Assembly (NCBI RefSeq): GCF_018350175.1
Contig: NC_058369.1
Location: 5,148,001 to 5,212,000 of the forward strand
Origin: Felis catus
Lineage: Eukaryota
Direction of reading: 5' to 3'
Length of the DNA stretch: 64,000 bases
Shown here: positions 11,223-23,916 of the stretch, in pieces
How positions within the stretch are numbered: the stretch's first letter is position 1
Layout of the letters: each line of letters begins with the position of its first letter
Notes under the pieces: model-generated
The model's database searches: none
The model's input: the letters and a program-made list of their open reading frames with translations, nothing else
What the model was told of the DNA's origin: nothing
Made by a program: the position numbers and the translations under genes

Positions 11223-14200
11223 AGTCGTTTCTGCTTCCATACAAATTTTAGAATAGTTTGTTCTAGCTCTGGAAGAATACTCATGTTATTTTGACAGGGA
11301 TTGCATTGCATGTGTAGATTGCTTTGGATAGCATCAACATTTTAATAATATCTGTTCTTCCTATCCTTGGGCATGGAATGCTTTTCCGTTTCTTTGTGTC
11401 TTCTTCATTTTCTTTCATATGCTGTCTATACTCTTCAACGTACAGATCTTTTAGCTATTTGGTTACGTTTATTCCTAGGTATCTTATGATTTTTGGTGCA
11501 ATTGCAAATGGGATTGATTCATCGATTTCTCTTTCTTCTGCTTCATTATTGGTGTATTGAAATGCTAATGATTTCTGTATGCTGATCTCATCTTTTGTGA
11601 ATTTGCTGAGTTCCTGTATCAGCTCTAGCAGTTTTTTGGTGGTGCCTTTTGGGTTTTCCACATAGAGTATCATGTCATGTGTGAAGAATGAAAGTTTGAC
11701 TTCCTACTTGCCAATTCGTATGCTTTTGATTTCTTTGTACTGTCTGATTGCTGAGGCTAGGATTTCCAGTGCTATGTTTAACAACAATGGTGAGAGTGGA
11801 CATCCCTCTCCTGACCTTAGGCAGAAAGCTCTCAGTTTTTCCCCATTGAAAATGAGGGAAATGAGCCGTGGGTCATTTGTATATAGCCTTTATGGTGTTG
11901 AGGTATGTTCCTTCTATCCTGACTTTCTGGAGGGTTTTTATCAAAAAAGGATGCTGTATTTTCTCAAATGCTTTGTCTGCATCTGTTGAGAAGATCATGT
12001 GGCTCTTATCCTTTCTTTTATTAACGTGATGTATCAAGTTGAATGATTTTCAGATATTGAACCAGCCCTGCAGCCCAGGGTAAATCCTACTTTATCGCAG
12101 TATATAATTCTTTTAATGTATTGTTGGATTTGATCTGCCAGTATCTTGTTGAGAGTGTTTACATCCATGTTCATCAGGGGAACTGGTCTGTAATTCTCTT
12201 TTTCAGTGGGTCTTTACCTGGTTTGGGAATCAAGGAAATGCCGGCCTCCTAGAATGAGTTTGGAAGTTTTCTTCCATTTCTATTTTTTTGAATAGCTTCA
12301 AAAGAATAGATTTGAGTCTTCTTTAAATGTTTGATAGAATTCTCCTGGGAAGCCATCTGGCCCTGGAACCTTGTTTATTGGGGGAGTTTTGATTACTGAT
12401 TCAGTTTCTTTACTGACTATGGGTCTGTTCAAATTTTCTGTTTCCTCCTGTTTCAGTTTTGGTAGTTTATATGTTTCTAGGAATGTATCCATTTCTTCTA
12501 GGTTGCCCAATTTGTTGGCACACACTATCTCATAATATTCTCTTATTATGGTTTGTATTTCTGCGGTGTTGGTTGTGGTCTCTCTTCTTTCATTTGCGAT
12601 TTTATTTATTTGGGTCCTTTCCTTTTTCTTTTTGATGAGTCTGGCTAGGGGTTTATCAGTTTTGTTAACTGTTTCAAAAAACCAGCTCCTAGTTTCATTA
12701 ATCTGTTCTACTGGCTTTTTCAATTTCAATATAATTGATTTCTGCTCTAATCTTTATTATTTTCCTTCTTCTGCTGGTTTGGGGCTTTATTTACTGTTCT
12801 TTTTCTAGCCCCCTTAGGTGTGAGACTAGGTTGTGTATTTGAGACCTTTCTTCCTTCTTTAGGAAGGCCTGGATTGCTATATACTTCTGTCTTATGACCA
12901 CCTTTACTGCACCCCAGACATTTTAGACTGTTGTGTTTTCATTTGCATTGGTTTCCATATACTTTTTAATTTCTTTTTTAATTTCTTTGTTAACCCATTC
13001 ATTCTTTAATAGGATGTTCTTTAACCTCCAAGTATTTGTAGTTTTTCCACATTTTTTTCTTATGGTTGATTTCAGGTTTCATAGCATTGTGGTCTGAAAC
13101 TACACATGGTATGATCTCGATCTCTTCATACTTGTAGATGGCTGATTTGTGATCCATTCTGGAGAATGTACCATGTACACTTGAGAAGAATGTATATTCT
13201 ACCTTTAGGATAAAATGTTCTAAATACGTCTGTTAAGTCCATCTGGTCCAGCGTGTCATTCAAAGCCATTGTTTCCTTGCTAATTTTCTGCTTAGATGAT
13301 GTGTCCATTGCCATAAGTGGGGTGTTAAAGTCCCCTACTATTATGGTATTATTATCAATGAGTTTCTTTATATGTGTGATTAATTGATTTACGTGTCTGG
13401 CGGCATTGATTTACGTGTCAAGTTGGGGGCATAAATATTCACAATTGTTAGATCTTATTGGTGGATTGGCCCCTTCATTATGATATAATGCCCTTCTTCA
13501 TCTCTTATTACAGTCTTTATTTTAAAATCTAGTTTGTATGATGTAAGTATGGCTACTCCAGCTTTCTTTTGACATCTATCAGCTTGATAGATGGCTACCC
13601 ATCCCCTCACTTTCAATCTACATGTGCTCTTGGGTCTAAAATAAATCTCTTGTAGGCAGCATATAGGTGGATGTTGTTTTTCTTATCCATTCTGATACTG
13701 TCTTTTCATTGGAGCATTTAGACCATTACGTTCAGAGGGATTATTGAAAGATATGAATTTAGTGCCATTGTGTTGCCTACGGTTGGTGTTTCGGGTGATA
13801 CTCTCTTTCTAGTCTTTGTTGCTTTTGGTCTTTTTGTTTTGTTTTTTCTCCCCTCAAAGGGTACCTCTTAAAATTTCTTGCAGGGCTGGCTCAGTGGTCA
13901 CAAACTCCTTTAGTTTATGGTTGTCTGGGAAAGTCTTTATCTCTCCTTCTATTCTGAATGACAGCCTTGCTGGATAAAGAATTCTTAGCTGCATATTTTT
14001 CCCACATTGAATATATCCTGCCACTGCTTTCTGGCCTGCCAAATTGTTGTGAACAGATCTGCTGTGAACCTCATCTGTCTTCCCTTGTAGGTTAAGGATT
14101 TTTGTACTCTTGCTAGTTCCATGATTCTTTACTTGTCTGTGTATTTTGTGAATTTGACTGTGACATGACTTAGTGATGGTTGGGTTTTGTTGAATCTAAT

Positions 14201-14416
14201 GGGAGTTCTCTGTGCTTCTTGGACTTTGATGTCTGTGTCCTTCCCTAGATTAGGGAAGTTTTAAGCTATAATTTGCTCACATAAACCTTCTGCCCCTTTT
14301 CCTCTTTCTTCATCTTCTGGGACTCCTTGTTACAAATGTTATTCCTCTTTAGTAAGTTGCTGAGTTTTCTAAGTCTTGAATTGCAATCTTTTGCCTTTGT
14401 TTCCCTTTCTTTTTTT

Positions 14417-14787
14417 CTTTTATTATTCTTATTTTTAAAATTTACATCCAAGTTAGTAGCATATAGTGCCACAATGATTTCAGGACTAGATTCCTTAATG
14501 CCCCTCACACTGAGTCCATCCTCCCTCCTACAACCCCTCCAGTAACCCACTGTTTGTTCTCCATATTTAAGAGTCTCTTACGTTTGGTCTCCCTCTCTGT
14601 TTTTATATTATTTTTGCTTCCCTTCCCTTATGTTCATCTGTTTTGTATCCTAAAGTCCTCATATGAATGAAGTCATATGATATTTGTGTTTCTCTGACTA
14701 ATTTCGCTTAGCATAATACCCTCTAGTTCCATCCACATAGTTGCAAATGGCAAGATTTCATTCTTTTTGATTGTCGAGAAATACTCC

Positions 14788-14841
<54 letters not shown>

Positions 14842-17800
14842 CCACATCTTCTTTATCCATTCATCCATTGATGGACATTTAGGCTCTTTCCACTCTTTGG
14901 CTATTATTCATAGTGCTGCTATCAACATTGGGGTGAATATCCCCTACAAAACAGCATACCTGTATCCCTTGGATAAATACCTAGTAGTGCAATTTCTGGG
15001 CCATAGGGTAGTTCTATTTTTAATTGTTTTCCAGAGTGGCTGCACCAGTTTGCATTCCCACCAGCAATACAAAAGAGATCCTCTCTTTCTGCATCCTTGC
15101 CAACACCTGTTGTTGCCAGAGTTGTTAATGTTAGCCATTCTGGCAGGTGTGAGGTGGTATCTCATTGTGGTTTTGATTTGTATTTCCCTGATGATGAGGG
15201 ATGTTGAGCATGTTTTCATGTGTCGGTTGGCCATCTGGATGTGTTCTCTGGAGAAGTGTCTATTCATCTCTTTTGCCCATTTCTTCACTGGATTATTTGT
15301 TTCTTGGGGTGTTGAGTTTGATAAGTTCTCTATGGATTTTGGATACTAACCCTTTATCTGATATGTCATTTGCAAATATCTTCTCCCATTCCGTCGGTTG
15401 CCTTTTAGTTTTGCTGATTGTTTCCTTCGCTGCACAGAAGTTTTTTTATTTTGATGAGGTCCCAATAGCTCATTTTTGCTTTTGTTTCCCTTGCCTCCAG
15501 AGATGTGTTGAGTAAGAAATTGCTGTGGCCGAGTTCAAAGAGGTTTTTGCCTGCTTTCTCCTCGAGGTTTTTTTCTCCTCGAGGATTTTGATGGCTTCTT
15601 GTCTTACATTTAGGTCTTCCATCCATTTTGAGTTTATTTTTGTGCATGGTGTAAAAAAGTGGTCCAGGTTCATTCTTCTGCATGTCGCTGTCCAGTTTTC
15701 CCAGCACCACTTACTGAAGAGACTGTCTTTATTCCATTGGATATTCTTTCCTGCTTTGTCAAAGGTTAGTTAGCCATACGTTTGTGGGTCCATTTTTGGG
15801 TTCTCTATTCTGTTCCATTGATCTGAGTGTCTGTTTTTGTGCCAGTACCATACTGTGTTGATGATTAAAGCTTTGTGATACAGCTTGAAGTCCGGGAATG
15901 TGATGCCTCCTGCTTTGGTTTTCTTTTTCAGGATTGCTTTGGCTATTCGGGGTCCTTTCTGGTTCCATACAAATTTTAGGATTGTTTGTCCTAGCTCTGT
16001 GAAGAATGCTGGTGTTATTTTGATAGGGATTGCATTGAATACATAGGTTGCTTTGGGTAGTAATGATTTTTAACAATATTTGTTCTTCCAATCCAGGAGC
16101 ATGGAATATTTTTCCATTTTTTTTTCTGTCTTCTTTAATTTCTTTCATAAATTTTCTATAGTTCAGTGTATATATTTTTCACCTCTTGGTTAGATTTATT
16201 CCTAGATATTTTATGGGTTTGGGTGCAATTGTAAATGGAATCGATTCCTTGATTTCTCTTTGTGTTGCCTCATTGTTGGTAAATAGGAATGCCACCTATT
16301 TCTGTGCATCGGTTTTATGTCCTGCAACTTTGCTGAATTCATGGATCAGATCTAGGAGTTTTTTGGTGTAATTTTTGGGTTTTCCATATAGAGTATCATA
16401 TCATATACGAAGAGTGAAAGTTTCACCTCCTGGCTGATTTGGATGCCTTTTATTTCTTCATGTTGTCTGATTACTGAGGCTAAGACTTCCAATACTGTGT
16501 TGAATAACAGTGGCGAGAGTGGACATCCCTGTCTTTTTCCTGACCTTAGGGGGTAAGCTCTCAGTTTTTCACCATTAAGGATACTAGCATTGGGTCTTTT
16601 GTATATGGCTTTTATGATCTGGAGGTATGGTCCTTCTATCCCTACTTTCTTGAGGGTTCTTATCAAGAAAGCATGCTGTATTTTGTCAAATGCTTTCTCT
16701 GCATCTATTGAGAGGATCATATGGCTCTTGTTCTTTCTTTTATCGATGTGATGAATCACATTGATTGTTTTGTGGATATAGAGCAAGCCCTGCATCCCAG
16801 GTATGAATCCCACTTGGTCGTGGTGAATAATTTTTTTAATGTGTTGTTGGATCCAGTTGGCTAATATCTTGTTGAGGATTTTTGCATCCATGTTCACCAG
16901 GAAAATTAGTCAATAGTTCTCCTTTTTTGTGGAGTCTTTGTCTGGTTTTGGAATCAAGGTAATGCTGGCTTCATAGAAAGAGTTTCGAAATTTTCCTTTC
17001 ATTTCTATTTTTTGGAATAGCTTCAAGAGAATAGGTGTTAACTCTTCCTTAAATGTTTGGTAGAATTCCCCCGGAAAGCCATCTGACCCTGGACTCTTGT
17101 TTTGGGGGGAGATTTTTGTATTACTAATTTGATTTCTTTGCTGGTTATGGGTCTGTTCAAATTTTCTATTTCTTCCTGTTTCAGTTTTGGTAATTTATAT
17201 GTTTCTAGTAATTTGTCCATGTCTTCCAGCTTACCCATTTTATTGGCATATAATTGCTCATAATATTCTCTTATTATTGCTTGCATTTCTGCTGCATTGG
17301 TTGTGATCTGTCTTTTTTCCTTCTTGATTTTATTTATTTGGGTCCTTTTTCTTTTTGATCAAAGTGGCTTGTGGTTTGTCAATTTTGTTAATTCTTTCAA
17401 AGAACCAGTTTCTGGTTTCATTGATCTGTTCTACCGTTTTTTATTTTTTTGTTTTGGCTCCAATAGCATTGTTTTCTGCTCTAACCTTTATTATTTCCCA
17501 TTTACTACTGTGTTTTGGTGTTATTTGTTGTTGTTTTTCCAGCTCTTTAAGGTGTAAGTTTAGGTTGTATGCCTGAGACCCTTCTTCCCTCTTTAGAAAG
17601 GCCTGGATTGCTATATACTTTCCTCCTATGACCGCCTTTGCTGCATCCCAGAGGTTTGGGGCTGTGGTGTTATCATTTTCATTGGCTTCCATGTACTTTT
17701 AATTTCCTCTTTAACTTCTTGGTTAGCTCATTCGTTCTTTAGTAGGATGTTCTTTAGCCTCCAAATATTTGTTACCTTTCCAAATTTTCTTGTGGTTGAT

Positions 17801-20800
17801 TTCAAGTTTCATAGCGTTGTGGTCTGAAAATATGCATGGTATCATGCGGATCATTTTGTACTTGTTGAGGGCTGATTTGTGTCCCAGTATGTGATCTGTT
17901 CTAGAGAACATTCCATGTGCACTGGAGAAGAATGTATATTCTGCTTCTTTAGGATGAATGTTCTGAATATACCGGTTATGTCCATCTGGTCCAGTGTGTC
18001 ATTCAAAGTCATTGTTTTCTTGTTGGTTTTCTGATTAGACGATCTGTCCATTGTTGTCAGTGGGGTGTTGAGTTCCCCTACTATTATGGTATTATTCTCA
18101 ATGAGTTTCTTTATGTTTGAGTTTAATTGATTTATATATTTGGGTGTTTCACATTTGGAGCATAAATGTTTACAATTGTTATGTATTCTTGGTGGGTAGA
18201 ACCCTTAATTATGATGTAATGCCCTTCTTCATCTCTTGTTACAGCCTTTATTTTAAAATCTAAATTCTCTGATATATGTATGGCTACTCTGGCTTTCTTT
18301 TGGCAACCATTGGCATGATAGATGGCTCTCCATCCCTTACTTTCAATCTGAAGGTGTCTTTAGGTCTAAAGTGGGTCTCTTGTAAATAGCATATCTATAT
18401 GGATCTTGTTTTTTTATCCATTCTGTTACCCATTGTCTTTTGATTGGAGCATTTAGTCCATTGACATTTAGAGTGATTCCTGAAAGATATGAATTTATTG
18501 CTATTATGTTTCTTGTAGAGGTAGAGTGTTTGGTGGTGTTCTCTGGTCCTTTCTACTCATTGTTGCTTTTGGTTCTATTCATTCATTCATTCATTCATTC
18601 ATTCATATTATTTTTTCTACCTTTTCTCCCCTCAGAGAGTCGCCCTTCAAATTTCGTGCAGGGCTAGTTTAGTGATCATGAACTCCTTTAATTTTTGTTT
18701 GTCTGGGAAACTTTTTCCCTCTCCTTCTATTTGAATGCCAGCCTTCCTGGATAAAGAATTCTTGGCTGCATATTTCTCTGATTCAGCACACAGAATATAT
18801 CCTGCCACTCCCTTCTGGCCTGCCAAGTTTCTGTGGATAGGTCTACTGCAAACCTGATCTGTCTTCCCTTGTAGGTTAAGGACGTTTTGTCCCTTGCTGC
18901 TTTCATGATTCCTTCCTTGCCTGAGTGTTTTGTGAATTTGACTATGATATACCTTGTTGATGGTTGGTTTTTGTTGAATCTAATTGGAGTCCTCTGTGCT
19001 TCCTGAATTTTGATGTCTGTGTCTTTCCCAGGTTAGGAAAGTTTTCTTCTATGATTTGTTCACATAAACTCTTCTACCCAAGTTTCTCTCTCTTCATCTT
19101 CTGGGACCCCTATGATTCTGATGTTGTTCCTTTTTAGTGAGTCACTGATTTCTCTAATTCTTAAATTGTACCCTTTGCCTTAGTCTCTCTCTTTTTTTCT
19201 GCTTCATTTTTCTCCATAAGTTTCTCCTCTATATTGCTGGTTTGCTGCTCTGCTTCATCCATCCTTGCTGCCGTGGCACGCATTGGAGATTGCAGCTCAG
19301 TTATAGCATTTTTCAATTATTCCTGACTAGATTTACTTCTTTTATCTCCACAGAAAGGAATTCTAATCTATTTTCGACTCCAGCTGGTATTATTATCGTG
19401 ATTCTAAATTCTTGTTCTGACATCTTGCTTGTATCTGCGTTGGTTAAGTCCCTGGCTGTCATTTGTTCCTGCTCTTTCTGTTGGGGTGAATTCCTTCATT
19501 GTCATTTTGAAGATAGAAAGAAATTAATGAGGTAAACAAAATTTATAATTAAAAAAATTAACTTAAAACAAATTAAAAACAACACACACGCATACATAAA
19601 AATCAAATAAATGATGTAAGATCTAGGTGTGTTTTGGTCTGGGTATTGAAAGGGGCTTGATAGATTAGAGAGAAAAAAGGGAAAAAGAAAAAAAGGGAAA
19701 TGTTTGAAAATTTGAGAAAATGAAAACAATGAAATAGAATAAAATGAAATGATAAAAGTAAAATAGAATTTGAAAAATTTATACAAAACTAACAAACTAG
19801 ACAAAATTAAAGAAAAATATTTTTAATAAAATTGAAAATAAAAAGAAATGTTTTCTTTTCCTATATTCAAGAAAAAGACAAAAAGAAAAGAAAATTGAAT
19901 AGATGGACCAGCAAACAGACTGTAATACGATTGAAATTACATCGTTTTCCCCTAGAAGTCAAGCTATGAAGCACTTTATAGTTTGTAAACTAAGCAGGTG
20001 GAGAGACTTGTGGTTCCTAAAGAGTGAGGTTGACCCAGTTGGGTGGGGCTTGGTGTAATGGCCTGTTCTCCACTAGGTGGCGCTGCTTAGCTACTGGTGT
20101 GGATTGTTGTGGCGCTTGTAGGTGTGTATGCGCATGCACAGCAGGGGTGAAAATGGCATCACCCAGGTACCCAGTCTCTAGTATCAGAACTCTTTTCTCC
20201 CCAGTCAGCAATCGTGCACCCTTCCTTTGTCTCTGGCTTCCATCTGCTCCTTGCTTTTACACTGTCTGTGACCAAGCCATCAGGCTGCAGGTGGCACCTC
20301 GCTCCTGAGTTTTACCTCAGATGCAGCTGTTTTTTCCTGACCCCTTACTTCTGATGGACTGTGGCCTTGTCCTGCTCAGACTTTGTGTGGGAGGAACTCA
20401 TTGAGCACTGGCCGGGTGCTGGCCACACCCAGGAACGTTCTCGGGACCATGCTGCTTTTGATGCCCAGAGACTCTGACTGGGTGCCAACCTGCCCCAGAA
20501 AATGTTCACGTGATCGTGTAGCAGCAGCCGTTCAGGGATTATGGAAAATCACAGCACACATCTGGCACCAGGCTTTACCCTTAATGACTTTGTTCTAGCA
20601 CCAGGAATGTGGTTGTTCTCTGGGGTCTGCTGGGGTGGCCACACGGACTCTACCAAATATTCTCCCAGCAGGAGAACCACCTCTCCTTGTGTGGCATGGG
20701 GACTTCACTCTGCTCCTGAGGATTCGCCCATCCCACCAGAGTACCCAGGTATTGAGCTGCAGAGTTTCACACCATGCCCCTGTTGTTTATAGAGTCTCAA

Positions 20801-21170
20801 TGAGATTTAAACCCTGTCCTTTCTCCTTTCTGCCTTTTTTGTTCAGTCCCTGCGGCTGTTTCCCCTTTCCCAGTCTCTCTCCAGTCATTTCTTTGGGGGG
20901 GGGTGGTTCTTTTCCCATACTATCCACGCATCTCTGTCCTCTCTCTGCAAGCAAAAATGGCGCCCTACCCTCCAAGGCTTCTCTCTCCCCCAGTTTACCC
21001 CTCCGAGCCATGTACCTGTTGAGTTGTGTGGCCCAGGTTGTGCAGATTGTTGTGTTAATCCTCAAGTAAGATTTCTAGGTGTGCAGGATGGTTTAGTGAT
21101 GATCTGGCTGTATTTCATGGACGTGAGACACAAAAAATTCCATGCTGTTCCACCATCTTGGATCCTCCTC
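14417..21170 (-). mobile_element. Inner full-length L1 (~6.75 kb), degenerate
   Basis: T-rich tail and 3'UTR at left, RT motifs ([25 protein letters not shown]), EN, ORF1, 5' start GGAGGATCCAAGATGGTG on -; imperfect TSD tgtttccctttctttttt / tgattccctctttttt. Confidence 0.92.
14790..14838. repeat. (TG)n microsatellite inside the inner L1
   Basis: Direct reading. Confidence 0.95.
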
Positions 21171-23023
21171 TGATTCCCTCTTTTTTGTGCTTTATGAGTT
21201 TCCATAATTTTATCTTCTGTATCCATGATTCACTGTTCTGCTTCATCCATCCTCACCATCATAGCATCCATTTGAAATTGCATCTCAGTTATAGCATTTT
21301 TCATTTTGAACTAACTAGATATAAGTTATTTCATCTGTGTGGAAAGGGATTCTCTGGTGTCTTCTATGCTTTCTTCAACCCTAGCTACTATTCTTATAAT
21401 CGTGGTTTTAAATTCTAACTCAGATATCTTACTTATGTCTGTGTTGATTAAATCCCTGCGTGTCCTTTCTTCTATCTTTTGGGGTGAATATGTCCATCTT
21501 GTCATTTTGGAGGAAGAAAAAAAGTACTAAAATAAAGGATAAAAAATTGAAAATTAAAAACAAAAGAAAAAAATCAAATCAAGGAAACTAGATTCTAAGT
21601 GTGTTTTGATCTGCTTGTTGAGAGAATCTTGATAGAAAAGGAAAAAAAAACAGTTAAAATTTTGTTTAAATTTAAATAATAAAATAGAATAAAGTAGAAT
21701 AGAATAGAATAAAAAAATTGCTCTTTCTGTATTCAAGAAAGACAACGTAAAGAATGATAAAAGAAAATAACATAACGTAAAACAGAAGCAGAGACAAAAA
21801 CAGATGAACAAGGAAACAAAATGAAACCCAAGTGAAGCTAGATCAGGTTTCCCTTAGAACTGAAACTTTGAAGCACACCGTACTGTGTAGAGTAAGTGAG
21901 TGGAAAGGATTTGTACTGGCCTTCTAGGGGATATGCCTGGAGGGCGCAGGTGGGTAATGGTTCGTGTAACAGTTCCATTTTTCACTTGGTGGCAATGCCT
22001 GGCTCACTGGACTGAATCAGTGTGAGTGTGCTAGAGGTGAAAATGGCTTCACCCTGCTCTCTTGTCTCTGGCGTGGGAATTTTGCACCATCACAGATGTG
22101 TGATCAAGCACAACTTCCTTTATCTCAGGCCTCTGTCCACTCCCCACCTCTACCCTGTACATGCCCAAGCTGTCTGCCTGCCAGGTGGCACCTCCCTCCT
22201 TATCTCCAAAACCCCACAACTCAGAGATCCCAGGTCTTGGAGCTGTGCTGATTTTATGGGGGAGGGTCTTGCAGAGCAATGGCCAGGTATCAACTTGTCC
22301 CAGAAAATGTTCGCATGATAGGGAAGTGACAGAGGCTCAGGGTTTATGGTAAATCACAACACACAACTGGCGCCAGGTTTTGCTGCAATCAGCTGGCATC
22401 TTTGGCCCAATATCAGTAAACATGGCAGCTCTCTGGGACCCGCTGGGACGTTTGCCCATGGGAGGCTGATTGCCACTATGATACGCACTCCAACCAGGGA
22501 AACTGGTTCTCCCCATATGGCACACGTCCCTCAGACCATGATGCCTTCTCTCAGGGATTGACTTTGCTTCCTCCCTGGAGCACCACCAGGCACTGAGCAC
22601 TGAAACATCTGGAAGTACTGCAACCCTCTGCCTTTTGCCCATCAATGGTTTTGAGGAACAGATTTCTTATCCAGTCCACTGTGAGTGGTTTCATTCTTTC
22701 TCACATTCTCTCCAGCTACTTTCAGGGGGAGTACTTTCTTGCATGACTCTAATGTGCGAAACTCCCCTTTTCTCTTTCTTTCTCTATCCTCTGTCTATAA
22801 AATCATCTCCCTACCCTCCACAGAACCTTGCCTTTTCTCACCCCCAAGGCAGCTCTCCACACCATTTTCCTTTCAGGTTCTCTTGCTCAAATTGTGCAGA
22901 TTTTCGTGTTAATCGTCAGATCAATTTCCTAGGTGTTCAAATGGGTTGATGCTGAACTAGCTGTGTTTCAGGGACAAGACAGGCTCAGGGTCCCTATACT
23001 ACTCCACCATCTGAACTCCACTC

Positions 23024-23158
23024 TTGAGAGAGAGAATCCCAAGCAGACTCCACACCCAGAAAGAGCCCAAGGTGGGGCTTGATCTCACAAATGTGAGATC
23101 ATGACCAGAGCTGAAATTAAATGACGACACTTAGCTGACTGAGCCAACAAGGCACCCC
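23024..23158 (-). mobile_element. Old SINEC fragment next to the outer L1 5' end (also ~43102-43234)
   Basis: gagaatcccaagcag...gactgagccaacaaggcacccc. Confidence 0.75.
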
Positions 23159-23530
23159 TAGAGATCCACATGAAAGAGAGCATACGCACAATGCTGGCAA
23201 GCTGCTGTTGGTTCTTCTCCATGTGAACTGCTTTTTCATGGCTGGTTGGACTTCCTCACATATGGCAGCTAAATTCCAAGAATGTGCATCTCGAGAGACT
23301 ACAGAAGGGGTGCGAAGTATCTTTATGACATAATGCCACCACACTCAGAGTCCCAGCATGCTCAGATTCAGGAGAAGGGAATGTAGACAGCACCGCTTGC
23401 TGGAAGGAGTACAAGTTCACATAGAATGAAGGCCATATGGCATGGAAGATGCTGTTTCCGCCATCTTTGAAAATACAATCTGCTACACAAGATGAAGCAA
23501 ATTAGTGACTCCAACTCTTTCTGTGTCCAG

Positions 23531-23686
23531 ATGTAGATGAATGTTCTCAACGCCCCCAACCATGTGGTGCCAACTCAGTCTGCAAAAACTTGCAGGGGAG
23601 ATACAAGTGCAGCTGCTTGCCTGGTTTCTCTTCTCCCACTGGAAATGACTGGACCTCGGGAAAGCCGGGTCATTTCTCATGCACAG
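23531..23686 (+). CDS. ADGRE1: EGF2 exon, copy 2
   Basis: Intact AG/GT and frame; SQRPQ instead of SQSPQ. Confidence 0.92.
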
Positions 23687-23796
23687 GTAATGCTCTCAGG
23701 CATGGGTCTTGGGTGGACAGCGACCACTAGGGGGCAGTGTCTCTCACCTGAGCCACACAGTCTTTGGTCTGCTCACTCTCCTCCACTGCTCCTCAG

Positions 23797-23916
23797 ACAT
23801 CGATGAATGCCTCTCCGATGGGGTCTGCCCAGAGCATGCTGAGTGTATCAACTCCTTGGGAAGCTACAGTTGCAGCTGCCAGGTTGGATTCATCTCTCAC
23901 AACTCAATCTGCGAAG
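23797..23916 (+). CDS. ADGRE1: EGF3 exon, copy 2
   Basis: Intact AG/GT; same peptide as copy 1, two synonymous changes near the 3' end. Confidence 0.92.

Larger units (their letters stand above)
11223..23022 (-). mobile_element. Outer L1 (older carnivore LINE-1), 3' end missing, split by an inner L1 (pieces ~11223-14416 and ~21171-23022)
   Basis: Degenerate ORF2 ([25 protein letters not shown]) and ORF1 (RILYPARLSFRIEGEIKTF) on -; ORF1 resumes after 21170; 5' end near actccaccatctg. Confidence 0.88.

Noticed and set aside
14417..21170. Active L1
   Set aside because: ORF1 and ORF2 are broken into short pieces by stops and frameshifts, and the RT FADD motif reads FVYD (FAYD in the unit-2 copy).
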